Shown here: positions 40,525-51,516 of the stretch, piece by piece
Layout of the letters: every line of letters begins with the position of its first letter
Position numbering within the stretch: the stretch's first letter is position 1
From: an uncultured Eubacteriales bacterium
GTDB lineage: Bacteria > Acidobacteriota > Aminicenantia > Aminicenantales > Aminicenantaceae
DNA length: 64,000 bases
NCBI GenBank assembly: GCA_964429695.1
Contig: CAYSCS010000073.1
Span: forward strand, 12,438 to 76,437
Reading direction: 5' to 3'
Notes under the pieces: model-generated
Told to the model about the DNA's origin: nothing
Database searches by the model: none
The model's input: only the letters and a program-made list of their open reading frames with translations
Position numbers and translations under genes: made by a program

Positions 40525-41274
40525 TTAAGTGGAGTATGTGGTGATTTCTTCTTCCTCGATGTCGAAGTTAGCCCACACATTCTGAACATCGTCGTGGTCC
40601 TCCAGTTCTTCCATCAGCCTCAGAAGTTGCTGTGCTTGTTTTCCTTGAAGCTTTACATAATTCTGAGGAATAAACCCAATGTTATTTGCGGCGATTTCGA
40701 CATTATGTTGTTTTAAGGCGCTCAAAACAGATTCATATTTATCAAGAGGAGTGAGGATTTCATAGTTTGAGCCATCCTCGCGGAGGTCTTCGGCTCCTGC
40801 TTCAAGGGCTATGTTGAGAAGTTCATCCTCCTGTGCCTTAGATTTTTCTACCACTATGTAACCTTTCCTCTTGAACATCCATGAGACACATCCCGTTTCT
40901 CCGAGGTGTCCGCCATTCTTGGAGAAGATATGCCTCAGCTCTGAGACTGTTCTATTTCGATTATCAGAAAGGGCCTCTACGTAGATAGCAACCCCTCCTG
41001 GTCCATAACCTTCGTAGGCGACTTCTTCATATGTCGACCCCTCAAGTTGTCCTGTACCCTTCATGATTGCCCTTTTGATGTTATCTGAAGGCATGTTCAC
41101 TGCTTTGGCATCGGCTATAGCCTTTCTGAGCCTCGGATTGGCTTCTGGATCTCCTCCTCCAATTCGAGCAGCAACCGATATTTCACGGATTATCTTGGTG
41201 AATATCTTGCCTTTTTTAGCATCCATCGCCGCTTTTTTATGCTTGATTGAATGCCATTTTGAATGTCCTGACAT
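40525..41274 (-). CDS. YebC/PmpR-family probable transcriptional regulator
   Basis: [15 protein letters not shown]-terminus diagnostic of YebC family. Confidence 0.9.
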   Translation of the reverse strand: MSGHSKWHSIKHKKAAMDAKKGKIFTKIIREISVAARIGGGDPEANPRLRKAIADAKAVNMPSDNIKRAIMKGTGQLEGSTYEEVAYEGYGPGGVAIYVEALSDNRNRTVSELRHIFSKNGGHLGETGCVSWMFKRKGYIVVEKSKAQEDELLNIALEAGAEDLREDGSNYEILTPLDKYESVLSALKQHNVEIAANNIGFIPQNYVKLQGKQAQQLLRLMEELEDHDDVQNVWANFDIEEEEITTYST

Positions 41275-41584
41275 TTTAACTCCTTGGGATTTTTCATTTG
41301 AATTTTATCACAATTAAAGAAAGAAAAAAAGATGGGCAAAAACAGAAGTAAGAGCTGCTTTCAATTTGTAATTTGAGCCAATTGGGGTTTTTCCTCTAAT
41401 ATTCGGGATTCCATCTGAAGCTTAGCTCAAGCGAATTCTTCAATTTATCCCCCCGAAAATTGAAGATTGAACCCAAGATGGGTAAGAAATAATGAGAATC
41501 AAAAAAGCAAAAACTCATTTTGATTTCGGAGGATATGTGTGCTATATGTATCTGAAAAATTTTGAGAATTCTTGGTAAGGTAGG

Positions 41585-42652
41585 ATGATGAAGAGGATCG
41601 AATTAATTCTCGAAGATGGCTCAAGCTATCAGGGTTTTTCTTTCGGCGCAAAAAGAAGTACCTCGGGTGAAGTGGTGTTCAATACGGGAATGGTCGGTTA
41701 CTGTGAGACACTCACAGACCCAAGCTACAGAGGTCAGATTCTCGTCTTTACTTATCCCCTGGTAGGGAACTACGGAGTTCCCAAGGAAGAAATGGAGTTT
41801 GGAGTTTTAAAAAACTTCGAGTCATCAAGGATTCATGTCTCAGCGCTTGTGGTCTCAGATTATTCATTCTCGCCAAGCCACTGGAATGCAGCAAAGAGTC
41901 TTTCTGATTGGCTTAAGGAACAGAATGTTCCTGGGATGTATGGAGTGGATACGCGAGCCCTGACGAAGAAGCTAAGAGAAAAAGGAACCATGTTGGGGAA
42001 GGTGATTTTTGAAGAGGAAGTCGATTTTTTCGACCCTAATGTGGAAAAGATGGTTGAGCTAGTTTCTACGGGTGAACCCATAATATATAATACCGGTCGA
42101 AACACTAAGATAATTGTGATTGATTGTGGCCTAAAATTTAACATTCTTCGCTCGCTATTGAAGAGAGGCTGTACGGTGATTCGAGTTCCATTTGATTATG
42201 ATTTTTTTGATTTATCCTTTGATGCCGTTGTTGTTTCTAATGGCCCTGGAAACCCCAAGATGTGTCCAGAGGTAATCGAAAGGCTAAAGAAATGCTTTGA
42301 AGAAGGAATTCCAACTTTCGGAATCTGTCTTGGAAATCAGCTCATGGCTCTTGCCGCTGGCGCAAAAACCTACAAGCTTAAATACGGACATCGAAGCCAG
42401 AACCAACCCTGCCTTGAACTTGGGACAAAGCGCTGTTTCATAACCTCTCAGAATCACGGATATGCTGTCGAGGCAAGAACCCTCCCCTCAGATTGGGAGC
42501 CGTGGTTTGTGAACGCCAATGATGGAACGAACGAAGGAATAAGGCACATAAGGAAACCCTTTTGGGCTGTTCAATTCCATCCAGAACATTCTCCTGGCCC
42601 TCGAGATACTGAATTTTTGTTTGACCTCTTCCTGGGAGAGATTAGGAAATGA
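41585..42652 (+). CDS. carA: carbamoyl-phosphate synthase small (glutaminase) subunit
   Basis: class I glutamine amidotransferase triad region (GICLGNQ), CarA N-terminal domain. Confidence 0.9.
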   Translation: MMKRIELILEDGSSYQGFSFGAKRSTSGEVVFNTGMVGYCETLTDPSYRGQILVFTYPLVGNYGVPKEEMEFGVLKNFESSRIHVSALVVSDYSFSPSHWNAAKSLSDWLKEQNVPGMYGVDTRALTKKLREKGTMLGKVIFEEEVDFFDPNVEKMVELVSTGEPIIYNTGRNTKIIVIDCGLKFNILRSLLKRGCTVIRVPFDYDFFDLSFDAVVVSNGPGNPKMCPEVIERLKKCFEEGIPTFGICLGNQLMALAAGAKTYKLKYGHRSQNQPCLELGTKRCFITSQNHGYAVEARTLPSDWEPWFVNANDGTNEGIRHIRKPFWAVQFHPEHSPGPRDTEFLFDLFLGEIRK

Positions 42653-45600
42653 AAAAGGTGATTCTTCTGGGAAGTGGAGCCCTTAGGATAGGACAAGCAG
42701 GTGAATTTGATTACTCAGGAAGCCAGGCAATCAAGGCTCTCAAAGAAGAAGGGCTAAGAGTCATCCTTTTGAATCCGAATATTGCCACCATCCAGACTTC
42801 TGAGGCATTTGCAGATAAGGTATATTTCCTTTCCCTCGATGCTTATTTTGTGGAAAGGGTAATAGAAAAGGAAAAACCTGAGGGTATTCTCTTGGGGTTT
42901 GGAGGACAGACAGCCCTCAATTGTGGGGTCGAGCTTGCTAATAAAGGGGTTCTCAAAAAGCATGGAGTAAGAGTGCTGGGAACCCCAGTCGAAGCCATCA
43001 AAAATTGTGAAGATAGGGGGATGTTCGTCTCCAAATTGAAAGAGATAGGTTTGAAGGTTCCAAGGAGTGTGGCGGTTAATTCAGTGGAAGAGGCTCTCGA
43101 GGCTGCTCAAAGAATAGGCTATCCCGTGATTGCGAGGGTGGCCTATGCCCTAGGTGGCCTTGCCTCGGGAATCATCCTAAATAGAGAGAGCCTCTCTTCA
43201 AGAGTAAGAAGAGCCTTGGCCTTTGCGAACCAGGTCTTAATCGAAGAGTATCTAGAAGGATGGAAGGAGATTGAATATGAAGTGATGAGGGATAGCTATG
43301 ATAACTGTATCACGGTCTGCAACATGGAGAATCTTGACCCCATGGGAATTCACACCGGAGAAAGCATTGTCGTTGCTCCCTCCCAGACTCTCTCAAACGA
43401 GGAATACCACAAACTAAGAGACATCTCCCTAAAAGTCATCAGACATCTGGGGATTGTCGGCGAATGTAACATTCAATTTGCCCTTGACTCGAGAAGCGAT
43501 GATTACCGGATAATCGAAGTTAACCCCAGACTCTCCAGGAGCAGCGCCCTGGCTTCAAAGGCGACAGGATATCCCTTGGCTTTCATTGCGGCCAAGCTTG
43601 CTCTGGGATATGGGTTGTTTGAGTTGCCAAATTCCATAACGAAAATAACAAAATCCTGCTTCGAGCCAGCCCTTGATTATGTGGTAGTGAAGATTCCTCG
43701 CTGGGATTTGACGAAATTCAGGAGAGCATCCCGAAAGATTGGAACAGAAATGAAGAGCGTGGGAGAGGTAATGGCTATAGGCAGGAAATTTGAGGAAGCC
43801 CTCCAGAAGGCAATAAGGATGCTTCAGGTCGGGATGCACGGAGTAGTCTGTAATGACATTTCTTTCGAAGATTTAGAAAGAGAGCTTCTCAATCCGACTG
43901 ATAAGAGAATCTTTGCGGTTGCCGAAGCCCTCAGACATATGTCTGTAGAGAAGATTCATGAATTCACCCGAATCGATAAGTGGTTCCTGCACAAGATAAA
44001 AAATATCGTTTTGATTGAGGAAGAACTGAGGAGAGGGAAATACGAAAGCCTTGACAGAGATTTGCTTCTTCGGGCCAAGCAGCATGGCTTTTCTGATAAA
44101 CAGCTTGCTCTAATTTTCGAAAAGGAAGAGCTTGAGGTGAGGGAGTTAAGGAAGAAAAATGGAATCGAACCTTGGGTAAAGCAGATTGATACTCTGGCTG
44201 CTGAATATCCGGCCAGAACGAATTATCTTTACCTGACATACAACGGGATTGAGGATGATGTTGATTTTTCAGGAGAGAATAAAGTCATGGTCCTTGGATC
44301 AGGGTCTTATCGCATCGGTTCCTCAGTTGAGTTTGATTGGTGTTGTGTCAATTCTGCGCTTACTCTCGAAAAACTAGGTTACAGGACGATAATGGTCAAT
44401 TACAACCCGGAGACAGTAAGCACCGATTACGATCTGTGCGATAGGCTTTATTTTGAAGAATTGAGTTTTGAGAGAGTTGCCGATATCTATGAGAAAGAAC
44501 GTCCCCTAGGTCTTATCATTGCCATGGGAGGACAGATTCCCAACAACCTGGCTCTGAAGTGTCATCGGTATGAAATGAAGATTCTCGGTACCTCTGCACT
44601 TGATATAGACAGGGCTGAGGACAGGCATAAGTTTTCAACTATGCTCGATTCACTCGGAATTGACCAACCAGAATGGAAAGAACTCACTGACCTCGATTCG
44701 GCAGTTGAGTTTGCCTCAAAAGTTGGATACCCGGTTTTAGTGAGGCCGAGCTATGTTCTGAGCGGTGCAGCCATGTCTGTGGCCCTAAATGATTCAGAAC
44801 TCATAAATTATTTGGAGAAAGCATCTCGCATAAGCCCTGAATACCCGGTTGTCATCAGTAAGTTCATAGAAAACGCGAAAGAAATAGAAATGGACGCTGT
44901 GGCTAAACGAGGTGAGCTTTTTGTCTATGCAATCTGTGAGCACGTTGAAAATGCAGGCGTGCATTCAGGAGATGCAACCATGGTTCTTCCTCCCCAAAGG
45001 ACTTACTTGGAGACGACAAGAAAGATGAAGAGAATAGCGAGACAGATTGCAAGAGAGCTCTCTATCCATGGTCCTTTCAACATTCAGTTTATTGCCAAAG
45101 ATAATGAGGTGAAAGTAATCGAATGCAACCTCCGTGCCTCGAGGTCATTTCCCTTTGTTTCAAAAATATTTAAACTCAATTTCATCGACCTTGCCACAAA
45201 AATCATGATGGATATCGACGTTCCCAGAATAGATAAATCATGTTTCGAACTCGAGTATGTGGGGGTAAAGGCTCCTCAATTTTCTTTTACCAGGATTGAA
45301 GGGGCAGATCCTGTGCTGAGTGTGGAGATGACCTCTACAGGAGAAGTCGCTTGCTTGGGAGACAGTTTTGAAGAGGCATTCTTGAAAGCCATTCTTTCTG
45401 TGGGTTACAGATTTCCAGAAAAAAACATCCTTCTTTCCACAGGACCTTTTGAGAGCAAGGCTCTCTTTCTTCCTCAGGCAAAGAGACTCAAAGACCTTGG
45501 CTTCACACTCTATGCTACTCGAGGCACAGCCGACTTCATGAGATACCATGGCATCGACTCTCACCTTCTTTACTGGCCTCTGGAGAAGAAAGAGCCAAAC

Positions 45601-45819
45601 ATTCTTACCTATATAGAGGAAAGAAGGCTCGACCTCATCATCAACATTCCCAAGAGTATTGAGGAAGAGGAACTCACCAACGATTATATCGTCAGGAGAA
45701 AGGCTGTGGATTTCGGCATTCCCCTCATTACCAACCTTCAGTTTGCTGAAAGATTCATTGATGCCATTTCAAAGAAGAGGCTTGAAGATTTGAGCATAAA
45801 ATCCTGGGATGAATACTAA
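42649..45819 (+). CDS. carB: carbamoyl-phosphate synthase large subunit
   Basis: 1056 aa; duplicated ATP-grasp halves and MGS-like C-terminus; ATGA overlap with carA. Confidence 0.9.
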   Translation: MKKVILLGSGALRIGQAGEFDYSGSQAIKALKEEGLRVILLNPNIATIQTSEAFADKVYFLSLDAYFVERVIEKEKPEGILLGFGGQTALNCGVELANKGVLKKHGVRVLGTPVEAIKNCEDRGMFVSKLKEIGLKVPRSVAVNSVEEALEAAQRIGYPVIARVAYALGGLASGIILNRESLSSRVRRALAFANQVLIEEYLEGWKEIEYEVMRDSYDNCITVCNMENLDPMGIHTGESIVVAPSQTLSNEEYHKLRDISLKVIRHLGIVGECNIQFALDSRSDDYRIIEVNPRLSRSSALASKATGYPLAFIAAKLALGYGLFELPNSITKITKSCFEPALDYVVVKIPRWDLTKFRRASRKIGTEMKSVGEVMAIGRKFEEALQKAIRMLQVGMHGVVCNDISFEDLERELLNPTDKRIFAVAEALRHMSVEKIHEFTRIDKWFLHKIKNIVLIEEELRRGKYESLDRDLLLRAKQHGFSDKQLALIFEKEELEVRELRKKNGIEPWVKQIDTLAAEYPARTNYLYLTYNGIEDDVDFSGENKVMVLGSGSYRIGSSVEFDWCCVNSALTLEKLGYRTIMVNYNPETVSTDYDLCDRLYFEELSFERVADIYEKERPLGLIIAMGGQIPNNLALKCHRYEMKILGTSALDIDRAEDRHKFSTMLDSLGIDQPEWKELTDLDSAVEFASKVGYPVLVRPSYVLSGAAMSVALNDSELINYLEKASRISPEYPVVISKFIENAKEIEMDAVAKRGELFVYAICEHVENAGVHSGDATMVLPPQRTYLETTRKMKRIARQIARELSIHGPFNIQFIAKDNEVKVIECNLRASRSFPFVSKIFKLNFIDLATKIMMDIDVPRIDKSCFELEYVGVKAPQFSFTRIEGADPVLSVEMTSTGEVACLGDSFEEAFLKAILSVGYRFPEKNILLSTGPFESKALFLPQAKRLKDLGFTLYATRGTADFMRYHGIDSHLLYWPLEKKEPNILTYIEERRLDLIINIPKSIEEEELTNDYIVRRKAVDFGIPLITNLQFAERFIDAISKKRLEDLSIKSWDEY

Positions 45820-45859
45820 AAATAATTTTTCAAAGATATCCAAGGAGAAGGAGAACGCT

Positions 45860-46429
45860 ATGAGATGTACCTGGGCAGAGGAAGATGAGCTTATTTTAAA
45901 TTATCATGACCAAGAATGGGGAGTGCCTCTTCACGATGACCATAAATTATTTGAATTTCTTGTGCTAGAAGGGGCTCAGGCAGGGTTGAGCTGGAAAACA
46001 ATCCTGAAGAGGAGAGAGGCTTACCGTAGAGCCTACAGTAACTTTGACCCCGCGGAAGTCGCAAAATACGATAAAAAAAAGATAAAGGATCTTTTGTTTG
46101 ATCCAGGCATAATCAGAAACAGAAAGAAAATTGAATCATCGATACACAATGCTCGAAGATTTTTGGAAATCCAGAGAGAATTCGGGAGTTTTGACCATTA
46201 TCTATGGGGCTTTGTGAATAATAAGCCTGTGGTGATGGCAAGGAAATCCCTTTCTGAAATTCCATCTAAGACTGAACTCTCAGACCTGATAAGCAGTGAT
46301 TTGAAAAAGAGGGGATTTTCGTTTGTAGGCTCAACCATAATCTATGCTTACCTTCAAGCTGTAGGAGTCGTGAATGACCACCTGGTGACTTGCTTTCGTT
46401 ACCGCCAGTTGACTGAGGGAGAGAAGTGA
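45860..46429 (+). CDS. tag: DNA-3-methyladenine glycosylase I
   Basis: RCTWAEEDELILNYHDQEWGVP and LEGAQAGLSW blocks typical of Tag; start moved to ATG at 45860 (RBS aaggagaagga). Confidence 0.8.
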   Translation: MRCTWAEEDELILNYHDQEWGVPLHDDHKLFEFLVLEGAQAGLSWKTILKRREAYRRAYSNFDPAEVAKYDKKKIKDLLFDPGIIRNRKKIESSIHNARRFLEIQREFGSFDHYLWGFVNNKPVVMARKSLSEIPSKTELSDLISSDLKKRGFSFVGSTIIYAYLQAVGVVNDHLVTCFRYRQLTEGEK

Positions 46430-46509
46430 GGAGTGAAGGTAAAAAAAGAAAAGAGATTTTCCTCCTCATCTTGTCATTGATCGGTGAGATTGAAGGAATC
46501 CTGTCTCCC

Positions 46510-47136
46510 TCAGGAAGTGAAGTGAATGTCTTTGGCTTCCTTCACCACCTCTCCGTTGTAAAGGGATGAAACCTGACGGAGGGTCAGCGCCTGGTCGAAT
46601 TCATTCAGGGCCGAAATGCAATCAGCAGGGATGACGATGTGGAACCAGCGTATCCCGGCCGAGGCAGCAGTGTGGAGGACACAGATGTTGGAGACAGTTC
46701 CTACGATGACCAGATGCTCCACTTTCCATACATGAGAAAGAAAATGGTCAAGCCATGTTCCGTAGAAGCCATCGTAGCGATTCTTCTGGCAGATTAAGTC
46801 TTCAGGCAGTGGTTTTAACTCAGGAATAATTTCCCATCCCCAGGTATTAACCCTGCAATGCTCAGGCCAGATTTTCCATTCAGGGTCATTTTCAAATCCC
46901 GTGTCTTGGGTAAAAGCTATGTAACCCCCAGAGAGGCGTGCTCTTTCAATGAGCCCTTGAATTCTGGGAACTGTTTCTGAGGCTGCAGGAACGACAAGAG
47001 AACCGCCGGATTTTATGAAATCGTTCTGCATGTCAACCACAATCAGAGCAGTCTTCTTTGCGGGAAGAATGACTTTTTCTTTAAAGGGGATATCAGGGAC
47101 TTCGACGGTTTTTCCGGGAATTGCTTTAAATTCCAA
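46510..47136 (-). CDS. isochorismatase-family cysteine hydrolase (nicotinamidase/pyrazinamidase-like)
   Basis: ALIVVDMQNDF motif, catalytic Cys region GTVSNICV. Confidence 0.75.
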   Translation of the reverse strand: MEFKAIPGKTVEVPDIPFKEKVILPAKKTALIVVDMQNDFIKSGGSLVVPAASETVPRIQGLIERARLSGGYIAFTQDTGFENDPEWKIWPEHCRVNTWGWEIIPELKPLPEDLICQKNRYDGFYGTWLDHFLSHVWKVEHLVIVGTVSNICVLHTAASAGIRWFHIVIPADCISALNEFDQALTLRQVSSLYNGEVVKEAKDIHFTS

Positions 47137-47668
47137 TTTTCATCCTCCTCAATAATAACTTTAACCTAAGAAAAAATGTTTAACATAAGGATTGCATTGA
47201 TGCAAATCGATGATGAAGGATAAATTCCCTGCTCAATCATTTCTTATGATGGGTGCTGAGGTTATTTTGGGATGATAAATGAAGAGAACACACCTATTTG
47301 GAGTTCAGTAAAGGCGCTTGTTTTTAGCAAGAATTAGGAAGAGATTAATTCATCTGGGAACGCAATCTTTAAACCGAGATGAAAACCTCAAGGTCCAAAG
47401 GTTGAGGAAGGATGCGATGCCTTTAAAGAAAGCAGCGGTCTTTCATAACGAGTTTTCTCTCTTCTCAATCTTTTTCTCAACCTTTGACTGGGGAAGAAAA
47501 GAAGATTTCCCCAGGACCCCTTTTCAAGACTGAGGTTTGCCCGAGAAGGAATAACCTCAAGTTGGGACTCAGAGTCTGACCGATGCAGGGTTTTTATCCT
47601 CTCCAAGGTCAGTTGTGGAGGTTGACCCCTCTCAGGACTATAAATATAATTCTCTATCGATTAAGGAA

Positions 47669-48760
47669 ATGAGGAAGGAGAAGGTTGTCGTAGCCATGAG
47701 TGGGGGAGTGGATTCTTCCGTAGCAGCGGCCCTTCTCAAAGACAGGGGGCATGAAGTTTTTGGGGTGACGATGAAACTCTTCTCCCTGCCTCCTAGACTC
47801 TGCCGCGACGAGGAGTTAAGGAGCTGTTGCGGATGGAAGGCAGTGGAAGATGCGTATCGCGTGGCCCTCATCCTGGGAATTCCCCATTATGTTTTAGATT
47901 TAAGAGAAGAATTTGAAAAAGAGGTAATCTCAGATTTCTGCAGGGAATATGCTCGAGGAAGGACTCCGAATCCCTGTATCCGCTGCAACGAGAGGATTAA
48001 ATTTAAGGCCCTGATGGAAAAGGCAAGAAACCTTGGAGCCGAACGCATTGCCACGGGTCATCATGCGCGCATCTTACATGAGGATAAAGACGGGAATTAC
48101 TATCTTAAGAAAGGGAAGGATGGAGGAAAGGACCAGTCTTATTTTCTTTACTCGCTGAGTCAAGAGCAACTTTCTCGTTCGATTTTTCCCGTAGGAGAAT
48201 ATAAGAAGGAAAAGGTGAGAGGAATCGCTCGAAGTTTAAAACTTCCCGTAGCTGAGAGGATTGAGAGCCAGGAAATATGCTTTGTCTCTGGGCAAGGCTA
48301 TACTCAATTCCTAAGGAAGAGAATTCCAGAAGCCTTCCGCCCCGGTCTTATCCTCTCGGAAGATGGCAAACCCATCGGCGAGCATAAGGGAATTGCTAAC
48401 TACACCATCGGTCAGCGCAGGGGTCTGGGAATCGCATCCTCTCTGCCGATGTATGTTCTCGAAATAAGAGAAGCTGAGAATGTGATTGTCGTTGGGCCGG
48501 AGGAAAGGTTATATAAGAAGATTCTTCTTGCCTCCAGGGTTAACCTGAGCAGAGAGCATAAAGTGGGGGAGATTCTTAAAGTAAAGGCCAGGATTAGATA
48601 TAAGCACAAGGAGGCTGCGGCGAAGGTTTCCCTTCGAGAGGGAGGCTCTGCTCTAGTTGAATTTGAGAAGCCGCAGAGAGCGATTACACCTGGTCAGTCA
48701 GTAGTCTTCTATCAGGGTGAGATTGTGTTAGGTGGAGGGATCATCGAAAGGGCATTTTAG
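47669..48760 (+). CDS. mnmA: tRNA-specific 2-thiouridylase
   Basis: PP-loop VVAMSGGVDSS, MnmA catalytic Cys region; track start at 47615 is GTG, ATG at 47669. Confidence 0.85.
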   Translation: MRKEKVVVAMSGGVDSSVAAALLKDRGHEVFGVTMKLFSLPPRLCRDEELRSCCGWKAVEDAYRVALILGIPHYVLDLREEFEKEVISDFCREYARGRTPNPCIRCNERIKFKALMEKARNLGAERIATGHHARILHEDKDGNYYLKKGKDGGKDQSYFLYSLSQEQLSRSIFPVGEYKKEKVRGIARSLKLPVAERIESQEICFVSGQGYTQFLRKRIPEAFRPGLILSEDGKPIGEHKGIANYTIGQRRGLGIASSLPMYVLEIREAENVIVVGPEERLYKKILLASRVNLSREHKVGEILKVKARIRYKHKEAAAKVSLREGGSALVEFEKPQRAITPGQSVVFYQGEIVLGGGIIERAF

Positions 48761-48766
48761 AGGAAA

Positions 48767-48790
48767 GAGGATAGGCTTCATCCTTATTTT
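48767..48790. terminator. possible bidirectional intrinsic terminator between convergent mnmA and MTH1187-family gene
   Basis: short hairpin aggat-aggcttc-atcct followed by TATTTTCC; weak 5-bp stem. Confidence 0.2.
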
Positions 48791-49074
48791 CCTACTGCCT
48801 TGAGCTTGGACTCGATAGAGGCTTCTTTGTCCAGGCGGTGGTCAACACGAAGGTCAATATGGATTCTTCGCACACCCATCTCGAGGAGGGCTTCATGTGT
48901 TTTTTCAATCACCCTGAAAAGAGTGGGAAGGTCTGGGGCTTCGATAGTGGTTGACATTCCACCTGTGAAATTTTTTAACCCGGAAGTTTCGATAATCTCG
49001 ATGGCCCTTTTTACATACTTGCTCACTGAGACTCCTTCACTCGTGGGAAAAATAGCAAATTCTGCGATAATCAT
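48784..49074 (-). CDS. MTH1187/YkoF-family (DUF77) small protein
   Basis: 96 aa; ferredoxin-like fold family pattern (IAEFAIFP...GVSVS, GMSTTIE). Confidence 0.65.
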   Translation of the reverse strand: MIIAEFAIFPTSEGVSVSKYVKRAIEIIETSGLKNFTGGMSTTIEAPDLPTLFRVIEKTHEALLEMGVRRIHIDLRVDHRLDKEASIESKLKAVGK

Positions 49075-49352
49075 CTCTTCCTCCTTGATGATAATTTATT
49101 TTTCGCTACTTTAAGTGAACTGTCAAGAACGCGAAATCTTTCCGCTTAAGCCACCTCAAGTTTATGAGCTTCGCCAGAGAGGAATTTTCAAGCCCTTGCT
49201 GAGTGAGGTTTGAGATGAGGAGAAATTTTTCGCTTAATTATTTTTCTCTTTCTGAGCTATCTTTAAACTTAAGAAAGCTGTCTTCCTTGTCTTCCCTGAT
49301 TAAATCTCCTCTGCTAACCATTCTTTGCCTTTGGACATCAGGCTGAATTAAA

Positions 49353-50690
49353 TCACCCCATTTTAATTTTCATCAAAATTATCTTTATCGTATGGAGAAA
49401 GATGAGAATTTGGAGTTTTAAATTGAGTAGAGACATGAATATCTGTTTATAAGACATATTTCCCGTGAATAGATTCCACAGAATTGAGCGCAGTATACCC
49501 CCCTGTTTATTTTTTTTCTGAGCAAGGTCGAGATGGACTTGGGAGAAAAGATTTGAGGAAGAGATAAAGTCATTCAGAAAGAAGATGAAGCGGCCGTAGG
49601 CATTGTCTCGGATCAATCGTTTCTTTGCCCTCTTGTAGTAATGAAATAAAAAACTTTCTCCATCAATGCCGTACAAGAAGGCTGCTTCAGCGGCAAGTTT
49701 GGCAGTAAAAAATGCAGATTCTATGCCGTTTTTGTAGTGACGGGAAAAACTTGCGTCGCCAATGATTACCAGTCTATCGCTAAAAGGTTTTTTTGCAGGA
49801 GTCACAGGAATTTTTGGGTAACAGAGACAACAGGGTCTTAAAGAAGTGAAGGCATCTATTTCTTTGAGATTGAAGAACTCTTTAATCATCTCTGGTGAGG
49901 CGTCTTTCCTCCCCACCAGAGTCACAGTCAGATATTCTCCCTTGGGGATAAGAGTTCCGTATTTCAATATTCTTGATTTTGGCAAATAGACATGAATGGA
50001 AGAGCCGAATTTTTTTTCTATTACCTCAGAGCCAAGTTTGAATTCTGCCTGATAGGTAGTTAGAGTAGAGGGGGGTTGATAACCGAAGCCGAGGCTCTGA
50101 ACCTTTTCCAAGAGGCGGGTGTTCACTCCAAAGGCACCCACGACTAAATCTGCCTCGAATTTTTCGGACTTTTGTTTTTGGCCAAAATATAGAAGAAGGG
50201 GGTCGTGCCTCCTCTGAGGTAGTGTTATCTCCCACACAGGCAAAGCTATGACCTTAGCTCCACAATCTTGGGCGTAGCTGAGAAGGAAATCGTCAAAACT
50301 GATTATCTGCGGAAAATGAGAATAACGAGGCCCGTTTCCCCTGAAGACAGTCGATATCTTATTCTTTTTTTGCTCCTCACAAGAAAGAGAGAGGGAATCT
50401 TCACCTACATGAAGAAAATAACCTTCCAACCTGCTGATGATTCTCCTTTCGGGTAAGAAGATTCCTTCTTCCTTAAGGCTCTGGAGAAGTGTCTCAGATA
50501 AAACTCCTGCGCAGAGGTTGCATCCTCGAGGTCCTCGCTCGAGGAAATCTTTGCCGTCGAAGATTGTAAGCGAGAGGTTTATTCCCTCCCTTTTCGCAAA
50601 CTTCTGGATGAAATGGACGGAGAAAGAACCAGCTGGTCCCCCTCCGATGATTGCAATTCTTGAACCTTCTTTAAGCCTGAATTCTCTCAT
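49353..50690 (-). CDS. FAD-dependent oxidoreductase (geranylgeranyl-reductase/halogenase-like)
   Basis: Rossmann IAIIGGGPAGS near the N-terminus; start moved to the internal Met (MREFRLKEG). Confidence 0.55.
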   Translation of the reverse strand: MREFRLKEGSRIAIIGGGPAGSFSVHFIQKFAKREGINLSLTIFDGKDFLERGPRGCNLCAGVLSETLLQSLKEEGIFLPERRIISRLEGYFLHVGEDSLSLSCEEQKKNKISTVFRGNGPRYSHFPQIISFDDFLLSYAQDCGAKVIALPVWEITLPQRRHDPLLLYFGQKQKSEKFEADLVVGAFGVNTRLLEKVQSLGFGYQPPSTLTTYQAEFKLGSEVIEKKFGSSIHVYLPKSRILKYGTLIPKGEYLTVTLVGRKDASPEMIKEFFNLKEIDAFTSLRPCCLCYPKIPVTPAKKPFSDRLVIIGDASFSRHYKNGIESAFFTAKLAAEAAFLYGIDGESFLFHYYKRAKKRLIRDNAYGRFIFFLNDFISSSNLFSQVHLDLAQKKNKQGGILRSILWNLFTGNMSYKQIFMSLLNLKLQILIFLHTIKIILMKIKMG

Positions 50691-51009
50691 CCTTAGGTTA
50701 TTATATTCAAATATTCTTATTAATTCTATAGAATCTATATAAATAATAATAAACAATTTTTTAAGCTTGAGAAAAAGACAAAGAAAAAGATATTTTAAAT
50801 GCTTGGAGAAGAGTTGAGCAAAGATAAGGAGGAAACTAAATTTAAATTCACTTAGGGGTGTTTAGCCTTATCTTAGGAAGTGATTTTCTCCTTTGTGTCT
50901 ATCTTTTAAAGGAGTTTTTTATTTAAAAAAGCAGTGAAGATTTTGCTTCTAATCTGCCCTTGTTTATACATTTATAATGACTCTACCATAAATTCTCGAA
51001 GAGAAGGGC

Positions 51010-51516
51010 TTACTCTTCGGGTTTGGGATGTTTTATTTTTTCCCATGAAGAGGCAAAATCAAAAGGCTTATCGTGGGCATTTTGATGACAGGTTAAACAA
51101 TGTTTTTCAATCGCAGCCATACTCTCATACAAGATAAGGCCGTTTCTTACAGCTTCTTCTCTATTTTTCATCACATTCAAACTCTTGTAGTTACTTCCGG
51201 GACCGTGGCACACTTCGCATGAAACTCCTTCTTCTTTAAGAAAAGGTTCTTTTTCGTGGAGCGGAGCATGACATTTAAGACAGGCAGGATTTTCTGCAGC
51301 GTTCTCAGCAAGCGCCATTGCTTCTTCAGAGAGGAGGGCTGTATAGGATTTTGCGTGCTTGCTTTCTTCCCAGATAGGATGCTGTTTTCCCTGTTTTTCA
51401 GTCCTGTGGCAGATCTTGCATTTATCCGCCCCCACATACAGGAATTCCTGACTGAGAAGACTCATGGAGCACAAAAAGCCTGTAACAAGGATGACAAGGA
51501 ATGAGACTTTTTTCAT
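51010..51516 (-). CDS. tetrahaem c-type cytochrome, secreted
   Basis: signal peptide; four CXXCH (CKICH, CLKCH, CEVCH, CLTCH). Confidence 0.8.
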   Translation of the reverse strand: MKKVSFLVILVTGFLCSMSLLSQEFLYVGADKCKICHRTEKQGKQHPIWEESKHAKSYTALLSEEAMALAENAAENPACLKCHAPLHEKEPFLKEEGVSCEVCHGPGSNYKSLNVMKNREEAVRNGLILYESMAAIEKHCLTCHQNAHDKPFDFASSWEKIKHPKPEE

